Shown: piece after piece, positions 26,752 through 41,082 of the stretch | Layout of the letters: every line of letters begins with the position of its first letter | How positions within the stretch are numbered: position 1 is the first letter of the stretch | Origin: Eledone cirrhosa | Taxonomy: Eukaryota | Reading direction: 5' to 3' | DNA length: 64,000 bases | Assembly (NCBI GenBank): GCA_964016885.1 | Contig: OZ024742.1 | Coordinates: forward strand, 90,334,001 to 90,398,000 | Made by a program: the position numbers and the translations under genes | The notes under the pieces: model-generated | Databases searched by the model: none | What the model was told of the DNA's origin: nothing | Seen by the model: the letters and a program-made list of their open reading frames with translations, nothing else

Positions 26752-29080
26752 CTTTCTTTATTAACCACAAGGGTTTACATACAGTAGACATTAAGGACAG
26801 TACAGGACAATACAGGACGGTATAAATGGGCATTTCTGCGTGTAAAGAAAACAGAGGATGTAATAAAAAAAAATAACAATGAAAAATTCCCCAATTGGGG
26901 GGAGACTTCCGAGGAGCATTTGTGGAGAAAGCCCATTAAAAGGCCACAGTGACCCTGACCACCAGGGCAAGTGCCCTCTCCCAGTTTCCACCTTTAATTT
27001 ACAGACACATACTCAGAGTAAGCCCATTCACTGGGGCCATACTTGCTTCTCTCACCCATCTTTCAACAAAATGCTGGGAAGAGAGCACTTCTCTCTCTAC
27101 CCTGATTTTCCTTTTCAAATGAAATTTGAAAAAGTTAATCAGGGCATCACCGAAGAGGTAAGTGCTCGTCTTCAGCCTTTTCAAACGTGTCCACCATACT
27201 ATCTCTTTCGCCATGGCCACCAGACAGATAAAAACTGCCTGCCCTTCCCGTCTAAAAGAAGAGGGCGGGGCAATCCTCACGATGGACTCAGCTGATAGCC
27301 GGATCCTTTCTACACGCGACAGCAGGTGTTCGACATAAACCCACAAGCCAGCAATTCTCGGACATTGAACGAGTGCGTGCAGGACGGTTTCGTCGCCCTG
27401 CGCGTATCTCGGACATGCCCGATTGACGGCACCTCCATGCCTGTAGAGTTTATCCCGAACTGACAAGGCTCCTCGGTAGCACTGTCAGGCCAGGGATTTC
27501 TGGAAGCTGTCCATAGGCCCGGCCCGAAATTTCTTCCGAAGAGATTGGCTAGTTGATTTTGGTCGACGCCTAGAGTTCCCCAAGTACGTCATGCTCTTCC
27601 CCTCCACTAATCCTCTATAGAAGGCCGATGTGGAGTTTCCACCGATCACATTGGTCGAGGACTGTGAGCGCCTGAAGACATTCCAATCTCCAAGCGCTCC
27701 CTCTCGGTCTTCGCTTGACCCAGGACTGCAGCCCCGCAAGGAGACGAGCTGGGGAAAGACGTGTCTAGCAAACGGCGACCACACCTGATCACCGTCGAGG
27801 AAGAGGTGGAGATGTCGTAGCCTGAGCGCATGTCTGCGCATCATCAGCCAACGGCATGCTCAGCCCTCCACGTAGCGGGTGTTGACAGCAGATGGACCGC
27901 CTGACCATCGGAGCGCGTCCCTTCCTCTAAAAGCGAAAGAGCAAACGCTCCAGCGCAGTTAGGCGGGGCTTAGGACAAGGTACGACGGTCAGGCGGTAGT
28001 AGATGACGGACGCGATGTACGCGTTAGCCACCTCCGCTCGACCTTTCAGGGATAGCTTCCTCTCCGCCTATTTCTGGGTGAGAGAAGCCACCCTGCTCGT
28101 CACCTCGTCCCAGTTTTTGTACGATTATCTTGGTGTTGGCTTCGATGCCGGCGAGGACGGCAGCTATTAGCCAGGGAATTTCGATGGCTGGTGGAACGTG
28201 GGTCACCCTGATCTTCACGAGTCTCTGGCCGCAATAGCTTGGGACGAGTGCGAAGTCGTCACTTCTTAATGTGGACATGGAGTGTTCTCTGGCATCCTGT
28301 GGTGTTTCAAAGAACACGTCCATGGTTCCATATTTCTGCCCACGTCTGATATGGGGTTTCTTTGCTCACACATGTCCCAAAGCTTTTTTGGATTTAGGAC
28401 TCGGATGCCCGTTCCACTCGGCGCGAGTTTCTGCTAATCGTCCGGTGGATAGGCGCCGATGCTCCATTTTATTAGGTGCGGGGGGGAGGCTGAACCTGTA
28501 CCCATCTTTCTTTACCATTTTTTTGGCTTCTTCTATTTCCTCCTGAGTTACCTGGAATGCTTCGCACTGTTTTGCTACTCTGGCAAAACTGAGGGTGGTT
28601 TTCTTAATTTCATTGTTGCTGTTGGTGTTATCGTTATTTTTGTTATTGTTAATTTTAGTTTCAGTTGTGGTAGTGGTGGTGGCGTCAGTGGTGTTCGGTG
28701 TGGAAGAGTTCATTTTGGTTGAATACATTTCGATATCACGAGTTTATTTATTTTTTTCTTTTGTTTCTGTTGTCGCGGTGGTGGTGGGGTCGTGGTTGAC
28801 GCGGTGGTGGTGGGGGTGGCGGCTTTAACACCTGCAGTCATTGGTAATGGCGGGAAATGAATGTCTGCCTGAGACAAATTTAAAATATTGCTACTGCTTA
28901 TATTTTTAGTGTTGGCAAACGTAGTAATATTTACAATGGTGGTGTCGGTGTGAAGTGTTAGTTTGTGGGGAAGGAGTGACCCTGAGTCGTCCATGATTTT
29001 TCAAATAAAAATTTTTGTTTGATAATTATAAAAGTTTAAATTTTGGGCTCAAGGCCCCAATCTTTTTGGGTGTCCTTTTC
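26751..29080 (-). mobile_element. Tx1/L1-clade LINE, internally deleted (ORF1 N-part fused to ORF2 C-part), (ATT)n tail
   Basis: ORF2 remnant LSLKGRAEVANAY.., MRRHALRL, VRDKLYRHG..CPR..ETVLHALVQCP (zf-RVT-like); ORF1-like pieces 28120-28994. Confidence 0.8.
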
Positions 29081-29220
29081 AGATATCAATGTATGTGCAC
29101 TTATATACAGTTAACAATAAAAAAATTTCCATAAATGGCAATTTTAAACAACTGAAAATAACAAACCATTGCGGAGCTCACGTTGATATGATTTACTACG
29201 TAGGTCGCCAATAATAATAA

Positions 29221-29257
<37 letters not shown>

Positions 29258-29261
<4 letters not shown>

Positions 29262-30430
29262 TTTCTTTATTGGCCTCAAGGGCTGACATCAAGGATATCA
29301 TTACAGGCGGCACAGGACGGTACAGGATGGTACGATGTGAGTTTTGTGATTGTAGATATTTTTATTATTTATATAAGAAAAGAAAAAAAAGGACATAAAA
29401 CGTATATATATATAAACAATAAAAATGAAAATTGAAACAATGAAAAATTCCCCAATAGGGGGGAAACCTCCGAGGGTTACTCGTGGCGAAAACACCACAC
29501 AAAAGACCATGGCCACCCTGACCACCAGGGTAAGCGCCCTCTCTCAATTGTTCCATTCCTCAAACTACAAGCGTATATTCAGAGCGGTCTCGTTCACTGG
29601 GACCATTCTCGCTACATTCACCCACCTTTCAACAAACTTGCTAGAAGACAGCACTTGCCCCTCCACCCTGATTTTCCTCTTCAAGTGAAACTTGAAAAAG
29701 TTAATCAGGGATTCGCCGAAGAGGAAAGTGTCTGTCTTTATCCCTTTCAACCTTGTCCACCACACAATCTCTTTCGCCATGGCCACCAGGCAGATAAAAA
29801 CCACCTGCCCTTCCTCTTCGAAGGAAGACGGCGAGACTATCTGCACAATGGACTCAGTCGATAACCGGATCGGTCCTACACGCGACAGCACGACGGTTTC
29901 GTCCATCTGCGCGCATCTCGGACAGGCTCGGCTGACGGCACTTCCGTGCCTGTAGAGCTTATCTTGAACCGGCAACGCTCCCCGGTAGCATTACCAGGCC
30001 AGGAATTTCTGGAAGTTATTCATAGGACCTGGGCTGAAAGTTCTCCGGAAGAGAGCAAACAGCTGATTTTCTTCGACGCCCAGGGTCTCTCCGAGAACAT
30101 CGACGCTCTTCCCCTCCACTAGTCCTCTATAGAACGCCGAGGTGGATGTTCCACCGATACTGATGCCCATCTGGCAGAGGGCAGTGAGCGCCTGGAGACA
30201 TTCCAGTTTCCAAGCGCTATCCCTCGGTCTTTTCCTGACCCAGGACTGCAGTTCCGTCTAGTAGACGAGCTGTGGGAAAACGTGCCTGGCGAACGGCGAC
30301 GACACCTGTTCACCGTCAAGGAAGCACAAGAGATGTCGCAGCCTCAACGCATGTTTGCGCATCATCAGCCATGGCATGCCCAGTCCTCCACGCAACGGGT
30401 GTTGGCAGCAGATGGATCGTCTGACCACGG
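29258..30430 (-). mobile_element. Tx1/L1-clade LINE, 5'-truncated second copy, (ATT)n tail
   Basis: ORF 29565..29975 is homologous to 26999..27466; shared 3' UTR; adjacent (AAT)n at 29210-29259. Confidence 0.82.
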
Positions 30431-30434
30431 GACA

Positions 30435-30633
30435 ATAATAATAATTGTTTCTACTTTTGGCACAAGGCCAGCAATTATCCCAATGTATTACTGGTACTTT
30501 ATTTAATCGACACCGTAAGGATGAAAGGCAAAGTTAACCTCGGCGGGATTTGAACTCAGACCATAAAGGGCCGTAACTCTAAGCTGCAAAGCATGGCGTC
30601 CGACTCTCTACCGATACTGCCAATCCACCGCCC
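30435..30633 (-). mobile_element. SINE copy
   Basis: Full SINE sequence embedded in (AAT)n. Confidence 0.88.
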
Positions 30634-30661
30634 AATAAATAATAATAATAATAATAATAAT

Positions 30662-31795
30662 AAACGGCTGTATGTCAAAACTTCATTCTATCTTGAAGGA
30701 GAGCAAAAAATATGCTACTGATCTCATGCTTGATCCCCAGGTTGGACAGACTGAGGAAACTGTTGCAATTGTTGTAGCTAAGCACATAAAATTAATGGCA
30801 AAACAAAAGGGCAAGGGCATTTAGCATCAAAGTGGGAGGAGAAACCTCTGCATGGCAAATATGTGACTCGTTGCAAACAAGCTGATGTTGACCAAACGCA
30901 CACCCATCAGTGGCTACGTAGCTCAAGACTAAAAGTAGAGAGCGAAGACTTCATCTTAGCTGCCCAAGTTCAAAGCTTACTGACTCGGAATTACCAGGCC
31001 AATGTGATGAGAAATGGAGTAAATCAAAAGTGCCGATTCTGTAATTTTGAGGTGGAAACAGTGGACCACCCAGTTTCTGGATGTAAAGTTTTAAATATAG
31101 ACATGACAGAGTTGGCCAATATCTACACTGGGTAATATGACGGCATTATAAAATCAAAGCTGCTGACAAATGGTACAATCATCATCCTGAGGCTGTAACT
31201 GAAGGAGAAAAAGTAACAATTCTTTGGGACTTTCCTATACATACTTACCGGACCATTAAAGCAAATATACCAGATATCATTGTAAAATCCAACATATCAA
31301 GGTATGTTTGCTGACTGATATGAGCTTCCCATGTGATCACAATATCCCGGCAAAAGAATTCGACAAGCAAAGAAAATATAAAGATCTGCTTATTGAAATC
31401 GAAAAAATGTGGCACCCCAAGGACGTTACAATACCAATGATTGTGGGAGCACTGGGAATGATCAAGAAAGGAACAGAACAGTAATTGAGAATGATTCCTC
31501 GTCTACCCTATCTGCAAGAGGTGCAAATAATTGTCTTGACTGGTACTGCCCACGTATTGAGAAGAGCACTATCTCTGTGAGAATGATACCCCCCACTCTT
31601 GTGTGTTTGTGTGTGTGTGTGAGTAGAGCACTACCCTGTAAGAATAATATCCCTTTGTAAGAATGATAAGCTGTAAATTATATTCAATGTGGTGTATTGA
31701 CTGGCTTACCAATGTATACAATGAATTTATTTTCCTAGGTGTCAAGAAGACACTCGGCATATATCAGAAACAATACTGAAGGAAAAGGAAAAACA
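30662..31795 (+). mobile_element. Second Dong/R4-clade fragment (degenerate)
   Basis: LHGKY, ESEDFILAAQ.Q.L.TRNY, CRFC..ETVDH..SGC, ILWDF.I, PDII, PMIVGALG; follows (AAT)n. Confidence 0.8.
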
Positions 31796-31796
31796 A

Positions 31797-31980
31797 TAAT
31801 AATTGTTTCTACTTTTGGCACAAGGCCAGCAATTATCCTAATGTATTACTGGTACTTTATTTTATCGACCCTGTAAGGATGAAAGGCAAAGTTAACATTG
31901 GCGGGATTTGAACCAGATCGTAAAAGGCCGTAACTCTTTGCAAAGCATGGCGTCAGACCCTCTCCCGATACTGCCAATCC
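31797..31980 (-). mobile_element. SINE copy
   Basis: Sequence similarity to the other copies. Confidence 0.88.
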
Positions 31981-32007
31981 AATAGTAATGTTTTCATTTA
32001 TTGGCCA

Positions 32008-32228
32008 TAATTGTTTCTGATTTAGGCACAAGGCCAACAATATTTTGGTGGGGAGAGAGGGCAAAGTCGATTAAATCAACCCCAACATTACTGGTTCTCT
32101 ATTCTATCGACCCCATAAGGATGAAAAGCAACGCTAACCTTAGTGGGGTTTGAATTCAGAACGTAAAGGGCCATAACTCTATGTACAAAGAATGATCTCC
32201 GACGCTCTACTGATACTGCCAGTCTACC
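32008..32228 (-). mobile_element. Older, longer SINE subfamily copy
   Basis: Diverged copy with an extra ~35-bp segment near the 3' end (32041-32085). Confidence 0.75.
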
Positions 32229-34546
32229 AAGGTATTTAGTCAGCCCAGTTGTGGTGTTTTTGATCAGACATTTCAAACTGGGTCATGCCTCGACTTCATT
32301 GAGTTCTGGGATTGCATAAAGAATTACAGTCGTAGTCCTCTCATTGATGTGCGGCAGCGAAAGACAGAATATGCCATCCCTTAGCATGCGCCCTCTTCTT
32401 GATATCTTAGCATTTTGGCGTTTGGTGAAGGATGCTAGATAGCTGTATTTTATCAGCAGATTTTCAAACTCTTTGGCGCTGTGTTGGTTTGGTCTCTAAC
32501 TACACTGTGTCTCTTTCTTATCCGGGAATCCACGTTGGATACATAGGCTGTTTTTGCTCATATGGGTAGGGCTGACGCGTAGTGCATATCACCATGTTGC
32601 TGAATTTTGTATAGAAAGATTGCTTTTATGTGTGATAATGTTAGACATCTAGTAAGGAATGAAACCTGATGTTGACGGGATGCTTAATCTTGTGAACTCT
32701 ATTGACATTCTTGTGCATTCTGCAAGATTGGCAGGTAAGTATTCATATATGTGGTTGCCGAATAAACTTGGCAATATCCACAGTCTCGAATTCTGTTTGT
32801 AGATATAGGTATCAGACTAGAAGTTTACATTGATTGCACGGGATGATTTAGTAAGTTGAAACAGAAAGATTCTCGTTTGCGTAGTGTCCTGTCTCATGAA
32901 TCAGCTATTTCGTATTGAAATTATGTCCGAAATATCTGAGAAATAGCAATTGAACTTAATCGTCTGCATGAACATCTGTGATCTCGCCTTGGCATGATAT
33001 GAATTCAGAAATAAGCCTAAGATTCCATGTGTAAAGAAATATACACAGCTACCGTGTTTATGTATATACGCTGAGACAGACATACATGCACACACATAAC
33101 GTGTAAATCGCTGTGTATATGTGTGCAAAACATATATAAAAACATCAGTAAAACAGACTTGCTGACAAGCAGTAATTGAAATATTGAAAATTGATTATTG
33201 TTTCGATGTTAAACTCTACTATGAACACCCTTCTCTAGCATACGATATATATATACAGGAAATCTGGATAGAAGTGAGTAATTCATATTTATTTTCTTCG
33301 GTCTCCTCGATTCTGTACTGGATATTCGTGCTAAAAGGTTTGGGGTGCTAAGCTGTCAATTACTGACCATCTAGTTATCTGCAAACTCAGGATGCCTGAA
33401 ATCAAGGTAATCTAGAAATTGGTAAGTACAGATCTATCTAGAGCTATAAAGTGGGAAATGCTGGCTGATGTAGAGGTGTCAACCAGGTATGCGGGTGATA
33501 TTGCATCCAAATCCAGAGAAGTTCCTGAACAAACTGAGGACCTGGCAGTGTCTATTTCAGCTATTGAATTATGCAGATGAAAGCGGGACTGTGTGTCTCC
33601 GGCTGACTAGACATCTTGGTCATTCAGACATTTAAATGTTCCAATCGAGTAATGAAAGAGTCTGACAAAGCTTTTAATTAAAGATGAATCACCTTTTTAA
33701 TCTTCCTTTGCAAAGTTTACACTAAATGGCTGGCAAAAAGATATAAAGATATTGTTGAGTCCAAATTAGCTGGCTAACAGTGAGGCTTATAAGGGTTATG
33801 CAGGCCCTTCAGACAATACCCACAACGAGAAAACGGGCGTGCAGAGTTTGTCAAGGAGACATTCTTTTCTCTCGTGCTCGATGGTGCGTGGAAAGGCGAT
33901 TAAGTAAGTGCGTCTGTAGCATGCCCGCGTAGCATTGCCTGATTTGGGGTCTGCGAATGTGTGTATTGGATTACGGGTGTACTTGCGTACGTGATAATGT
34001 GTTTGTGCATCCATCATTGGCTGAATGCTAACACAGCAACATCACTACTAAGAAAAATACATAGATGTATGTACCACACTTAAGCAGAACGCATATGCAC
34101 GACCATAACAGAGCGAACATACGACGACACAAATACACGCAGACGTAGATTTAGACACGTGCACACATCTAGGGAAGCGGGGTGAATAATATATAACTGA
34201 AAGCGCTATGAGGTCGAGTGTGCAGAAGACCGCAGTGATCACGATAGAGCCTTCACCTCTATGCGACTATCGGCCACAGCCCCCCATCTACACCACCTTT
34301 TTTCCCACTTACCACACATACCCTGTTGAAAAAGCGTATGGAAGTAGCTGAAAATGAAAAATGAATTCAGTTATCCCCTCTCCCCAGCCGTCCGGTACTA
34401 ACTTTGTCTACACATACACTCTACTTTCCCAAGGGCTGAATATGGTCTTAGTAGTCTGACTGGTAACTCCAAATCACCCCTCTCCCTCACCCACTGATTC
34501 TGGGTTGATTTCTACAGCTGTATGCCCTTCTTAACACCAACCTCAT

Positions 34547-35280
<734 letters not shown>

Positions 35281-35343
35281 TTTATACTTTCACTCGTGTA
35301 GGACAGCTCGGTTATTTTTCATTTTGTAAAAAAAAAACCACAC

Positions 35344-35431
<88 letters not shown>

Positions 35432-35434
<3 letters not shown>

Positions 35435-36066
35435 TATACTACTGTACGTCTGTATACATACATATATGTATACAGACGTACAGTAGTATGTATATATATA
35501 TACATACATGCACACATATATATATGTACGTATGGATTTACCGAACATTTATTATAATGCTCGGTGTGTTTGTAAACAAACATCCCGTATTAAGACGTAG
35601 TGTCTAGCAACCATCGTTGCTCGTTTGTTCAACACTGACAAAGGAACGCTGTACTAGTTTCAAGCTTATTAACTATCGTCAGCAACGTATACCTTCTTGC
35701 CAGATTGTTGAACGTATATACTTACCTTATGCATATTAACAGCTGAGAAGCCCAGGAAGGTATTGCTGACGATAGCTAATAAGCTTGAAACTAGTACAGC
35801 GTTCCTTTGTCAGTGTTGAACATAAGGGCAACGATGGTTGCTGGACACTACGGCTTAATACGGGATGTTTGTTTACAAACACACCGAGCATTATAATAAA
35901 TGTTCGGTGAATCCATACGTACATATATATCTGTGTGCATGTATGTATATATATATACATACTACTGTACGTCTGTATACATATATGTATGTACGTGTAC
36001 ATACTTATATTTAAGTAACAGCCGTACTAATAGTGGGAAATGAAATTTCGTTTCATTTTTTCCGTT
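35432..36066. repeat. Fold-back of the 429-bp HHR family (HHRs at 35646-35688 minus, 35763-35802 plus)
   Basis: CTGACGA-t-agc-taataa-gct-t-GAAAC-TA-GTA; arms are reverse complements; flanked by (TA)n. Confidence 0.8.
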
Positions 36067-36100
36067 TATATATATATATGTATATATATATATGTATATT

Positions 36101-36161
<61 letters not shown>

Positions 36162-36166
36162 TTATG

Positions 36167-36277
<111 letters not shown>

Positions 36278-36427
36278 GGGGTAACAGATTATTGTTATAG
36301 GTATTCCACTTAAGTGTAGTCCAGTTATGGTACTCCGGGTAGTGGATGATATCAACGCTTACGTATATATATTATATATATTATGGAATACTGTTAGCTT
36401 CTCGCTACAACAATTTCTATACTTTTC

Positions 36428-36505
<78 letters not shown>

Positions 36506-36709
36506 TTTACTTTGTATCACTATTTTGTTTTGACATGTTTAGATTGATTTGGTTTTGGGCTTGGGTGGTAAATGCCTCTTGACCACCTTTTCAGTTTTGT
36601 ATGACTCCTTAACACATTGTTTAGCTCTGGTTTTTAACTATTAAGCACTTTGCCAGTATCATTTCTGATTTTTGCGTTTCGCTTCGCCTTTCCTGCCCGC
36701 CGAAACCTC

Positions 36710-36744
<35 letters not shown>

Positions 36745-36749
<5 letters not shown>

Positions 36750-38086
36750 CATATATATCTACGTATGTATACGTACATACATATATGTATACAGACTACA
36801 GTAGTATGTATATATATATACGTGCATGCACACATATATATATGTACGTATGGATTTGCCGAACATTTATTATAATGCTCGGTTTGTTTGTAAACAAACC
36901 TCCCGGATTAAGCCGTACAATGTTTAGCAACCATCGTTGACCTTTTGTTCAACACTGACAAAGGAACCATGTACTAGTTTCAAGCTTATTAGCTATCGTC
37001 AGCACCGTATACCTTCCTGCCAGATGATTGAACGTCTGAAAGTATATACTTTCCTTATGCATATTAACGCCTCAGCAACCTAATTTGCATATCGAGTGAG
37101 TTAATCGGCCGGGCGCACCGAAAACAATAAATGGAAAAAATGAAACGCAATTTCATTTCTGACTCTTAGTACGGCTGTTACTTGAATATACGTATGTATA
37201 CGTACATGCATATATGTATACAGACGTACAGTAGTATGTATATATATACATACTACTGTACGATATACAAATTAGGCTGCTCAGCCGTTAATATGCATAA
37301 GAAAATATATACTTTCAGACCTTCAATCATCTGGCAGGAAGGTATACGGTGCTGACGATAGCTAATAAGCTTGAAACTAGTATATAGTTCCTTTGTCAGT
37401 GTTGAACAAAATGGAACGATGGTTGCTAAACACTGTACGGCTTAATCCGGGATGTTTGTTTACAAACAAACCGAACATTATAATAAATGTTCGGTTAATC
37501 CATACGTACATATATATATATGTGTGCATGTATGTATATATATACATACTACTGTACGTTTGTATACATATATGTATGTACGTATACATACTTATATTTA
37601 AGTAACAGCCGTACTAAGAGTGAGAAATGATATTTCGTTTCATTTTTTCCATTTATCGTTTTCGGTGCGCACTGCCGATTAACTCACTCGATATGCAAAT
37701 TAGGCTGCTCAGCCGTTAATATGCATAAGGAAAGTATATACTTTCAGACGTTCAATCATCTGGCAGGAAGGTATACGGTCCTGACGATAGCTAATAAGCT
37801 TGAAACTAGTACATGGTTCCCTTGTCAGTGTTGAACAAAATGGCAACGATGGTTGCTAAACACTGTACGGCTTAATCCGGGATGTTTGTTTACAAACAAA
37901 CCGAGCAATATAATAAATGTTCGGTAAATCTATACGTACATATATATATATGTGTGCATGTATGTATATATATATACATACTACTGTACGTCTGTATACA
38001 TATATGTATGTACGTATACATACTTATATTTAAGTAAAGCCGTACTAAGAGTGAGAAATGAAATTTCGTTTCATTTTTTCCATTTA
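36745..38086. repeat. Retrozyme-like array of 429-bp units: >1 inverted unit, then ~1.9 tandem units (HHRs at 36966-37008 minus, 37346-37388 plus, 37775-37817 plus)
   Basis: CTGACGA cores at 37352 and 37781 (429 bp apart); orientation switch at a palindrome ~37227-37262. Confidence 0.85.
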
Positions 38087-38306
38087 CATATATAAATATA
38101 TATATATATATGTGTGTGTGTGTGTAGATAAATCTACCAAAATATACGGTAGTGTCCAATCCGTATGAAGAACTCAATGTAATCCAAATATCATGAAAAG
38201 AGAAGATGCATTCAAAAGTGTTCGATGAAAATCCCAGGAAAATAGAGTCAAGATAAATTAATAAAAACAATGAATAAAAACAAACAAGTTCCTTATATTA
38301 AAAAAT

Positions 38307-38442
38307 TCATTATTTTACGGTCGTTTCAAGGATATATATGTTTGTTGGTATGTATATCATATAGATCTATGTAAAAATTTTACAAACTATCAGAGGAAAT
38401 ATACATACCTTCACATATATATGCTGTCTTCAGAAATAATGA
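38307..38442 (-). ncRNA. Hammerhead motif with 9-bp stem I and ~100-nt domain II
   Basis: tcattattt-CTGAAGA-(long)-GAAAC-GACC-GTA-aaataatga; inverted partner at 40570-40700. Confidence 0.65.
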
Positions 38443-40400
38443 TATTTGTTTATTGAAAAAACAGCAACAAAGATTTAATATAATAGGCCTGTTTGGGAAC
38501 AGGTTTTGAATTGACCAATAGAAAAGTAGTAAGAGGTCAAGTTGATAGAATAGTAGTAGTAGAAATTTAATTTAGGGATAGAGGAGTGCAGACTTATGTT
38601 TTGAATGAAAAGAATATTTTGAATGAAAAGAATAATTTGAGGATGAAAAGAGGTCAAGCCGGTGAAGGGTACACAAAAATTTGATGCTATTAAAGAATAA
38701 TGTTAATGTTAAAACTGAAGGAGAATAACATTTTAGGGTAAAGGTGTTAGTGAAAAAATACCAATCTTATTTAAAACACAAGGAATTTAGATCTATAACA
38801 AGAAAATAAAATTAATTGATAGGTATACTTATAGGGATAAATTTATATTAATTCATATGGATGTGATGAATAAGAATTAGATGTTATTAAAGAATGTTGT
38901 TAAAAACGAAGGAAAATAAAATTTTGGGATAAATGTAGTAGTGAGAAATACCAATCTTATATAGCCTACAAGGAATCTAGATTCATAACAGGAAATTAAA
39001 TTAATTTATATATATAGTTTTAGGTATTAATTTTAGGAAAAGAGAACTGTAATAGGGAAATAAAATTATGAAGTTCTCTGTAGTAAAGTAGTAATTATAG
39101 GTTAACTAAATTTTAAAAAATAATTATAATAATATGTAAAATGTAAGTGTAAGGTGTATATTAATTAGGTTTATAATATTTGAAAGTTCTTCTAATTTTA
39201 TGATTGCAAGATATAATTAATTCTTGTCGCTTATTTAATAGGGTATCTTTAGATTTCATTATTTCAAAAAGTTCCTGGGAACATAATCTACACTCATATC
39301 TGTTATTTTGATAAGGGGTGGCTCTTTTGAGCACACTCCAGGCTAGGTTGTAATCGATATTCTTTTTTCTATAATTATTAATTGTTTCAGCCAATGATGT
39401 TGTATTAGCTAATGCGGCATTTTTAAAACTATGTTTGTGGTTAGACGTAGCTAATATGAATAAGTTATATGAATAAGTTGAGTCCTTAGTGCTAATTTTA
39501 CATTTATATACTATGTTATTAATAAGACAATTTCCCTTTAATGGGCAATTTCCTTTGTTTCTACAGTTACAACCATTCATGAATATTATATCAGGGGATT
39601 TAGTCAAATTTGGTGTGGAATTTACTCGACTTATTATATGTGAAGGAGATTGTGGTTTGTTGCGGTTTATTTTAGTATTATGGTTGGTTTGATGATTTAG
39701 TGATATATTCGGTTTTTTTTTTACAATTATATGCATTGTACGCACTTATATTTTGTTGTATATTTTTGGTAGTGGATCATGAAAATTTGACAGTTGATCT
39801 ATTTAAAATTTGATGGTATCTATGGTTTGGCTGGAAGTTTTTCTCTAAGATAGCAAAAAAAATTTTAGGGATATTATCTTTAATTTGTAGATTAAATGGA
39901 GCATTATACCAAGTAACTCGTCTATTACGGTTTCGATGTTGTTTTTTATATTTATACGATGTATCAGGATGTTTATTAAGAGAATTAGTATTAGTGAATT
40001 TATTATATATAGGTTTAGTTAGATTAACTGATTTAGGTGTTTTAGTCTGATTATTAGGAATTTTGTTTGTAATGTTATTAACGTATATTGGAGTATTAGG
40101 ATGAATGGTTTTTTGAAAGTTATTATATTTTATGTGAGAAGAGGTAGAGAAATTAAGTTTTAGGTTGGTATTTTGGGGTGTAGTGTGAGTGGCATTTAGG
40201 TGTGTGTTTTTCATTTGGTGTTTGTTGGTAATATTGGGTTGTATGTTTGAAGTATTATTGGTGCAAGGTATATAGACTAATTTGTTTTTGTGGCCGCTTC
40301 TAGCTACTTTTCTATTGGTCAATTCAAAACCTGTTCCCAAACAGACCTATATATTAAATCTTTGTTGTTTTTTTTTCAATAAACAAATATCATTATTTCT

Positions 40401-40572
40401 GATTGGCAGTATCGGTAGAGGGTCGGACGCCATGCTTTCCAGCATAGTTACGTCCCTTTACGATTTGAATTCAAATCCCGCCGAGGTTGACTTTGCCTTA
40501 CGGGGTCGATAAAATAAAGTATCAGTAATGCACTGTGTAATTTCTGGCCTTGTGCCTAAAGTAGAAACAATT
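40401..40572 (+). mobile_element. SINE copy inserted at stem I/core of a pLTR HHR
   Basis: TSD attatttctga at 40392-40402 and 40570-40580. Confidence 0.88.
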
Positions 40573-41082
40573 ATTTCTGAAGACAGCATATATATGTGAA
40601 GGTATTTATATTTCCTCTGATAGTTTGTAAAATTTTTACATAGATCTATATGATATACATACCAACACACATATATATCCTAGAAACGATCTTAAAATGA
40701 TGATTTTTTTAATATAAGGAACTTGTTTTTTGTTTTTATTCATTGTTTTTATTAATTTATATATATATATATATGTTACAGCGCCTAACGCGTCTCATAC
40801 TCGTGCCGCTAAAAATAGCAGCCGGTCTTATGGGACTAAAGTTAGCTCTACGTAAGGAGCCGAGAATATCATATATTGAGTTAGAAACTCGAAATAGTCG
40901 AGTTTCTAACTCAATATATGATATTCTTGGCTCCATACCTAGAGCTCACTTTAGGCCAATAAAACCGGCTGCTATTTTTAGCGGCACGAGTATGAGACGC
41001 GTTAGGCGCTGTAACATGTGCGTTTACCAACACATAGTTGAGTCTCCTTAAATCCTTTGAAGTGAAAGGTACGAATTTCCTG

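Larger units (their letters stand above)
38125..40760 (-). mobile_element. 5'-truncated PLE with inverted pLTRs and GIY-YIG remnant
   Basis: ~38255-38529 is inverted at 40302-40760; ORFs 39777..40340 and 39161..39745 with WYNAPFN, CNCR..CPLKGNCL..IVYKC, CRLC, LLNKRQEL. Confidence 0.82.

Noticed and set aside
32230-33800. Possible ancient RTE LINE remnant
   Set aside because: Only faint motif traces; cannot be supported without a profile search
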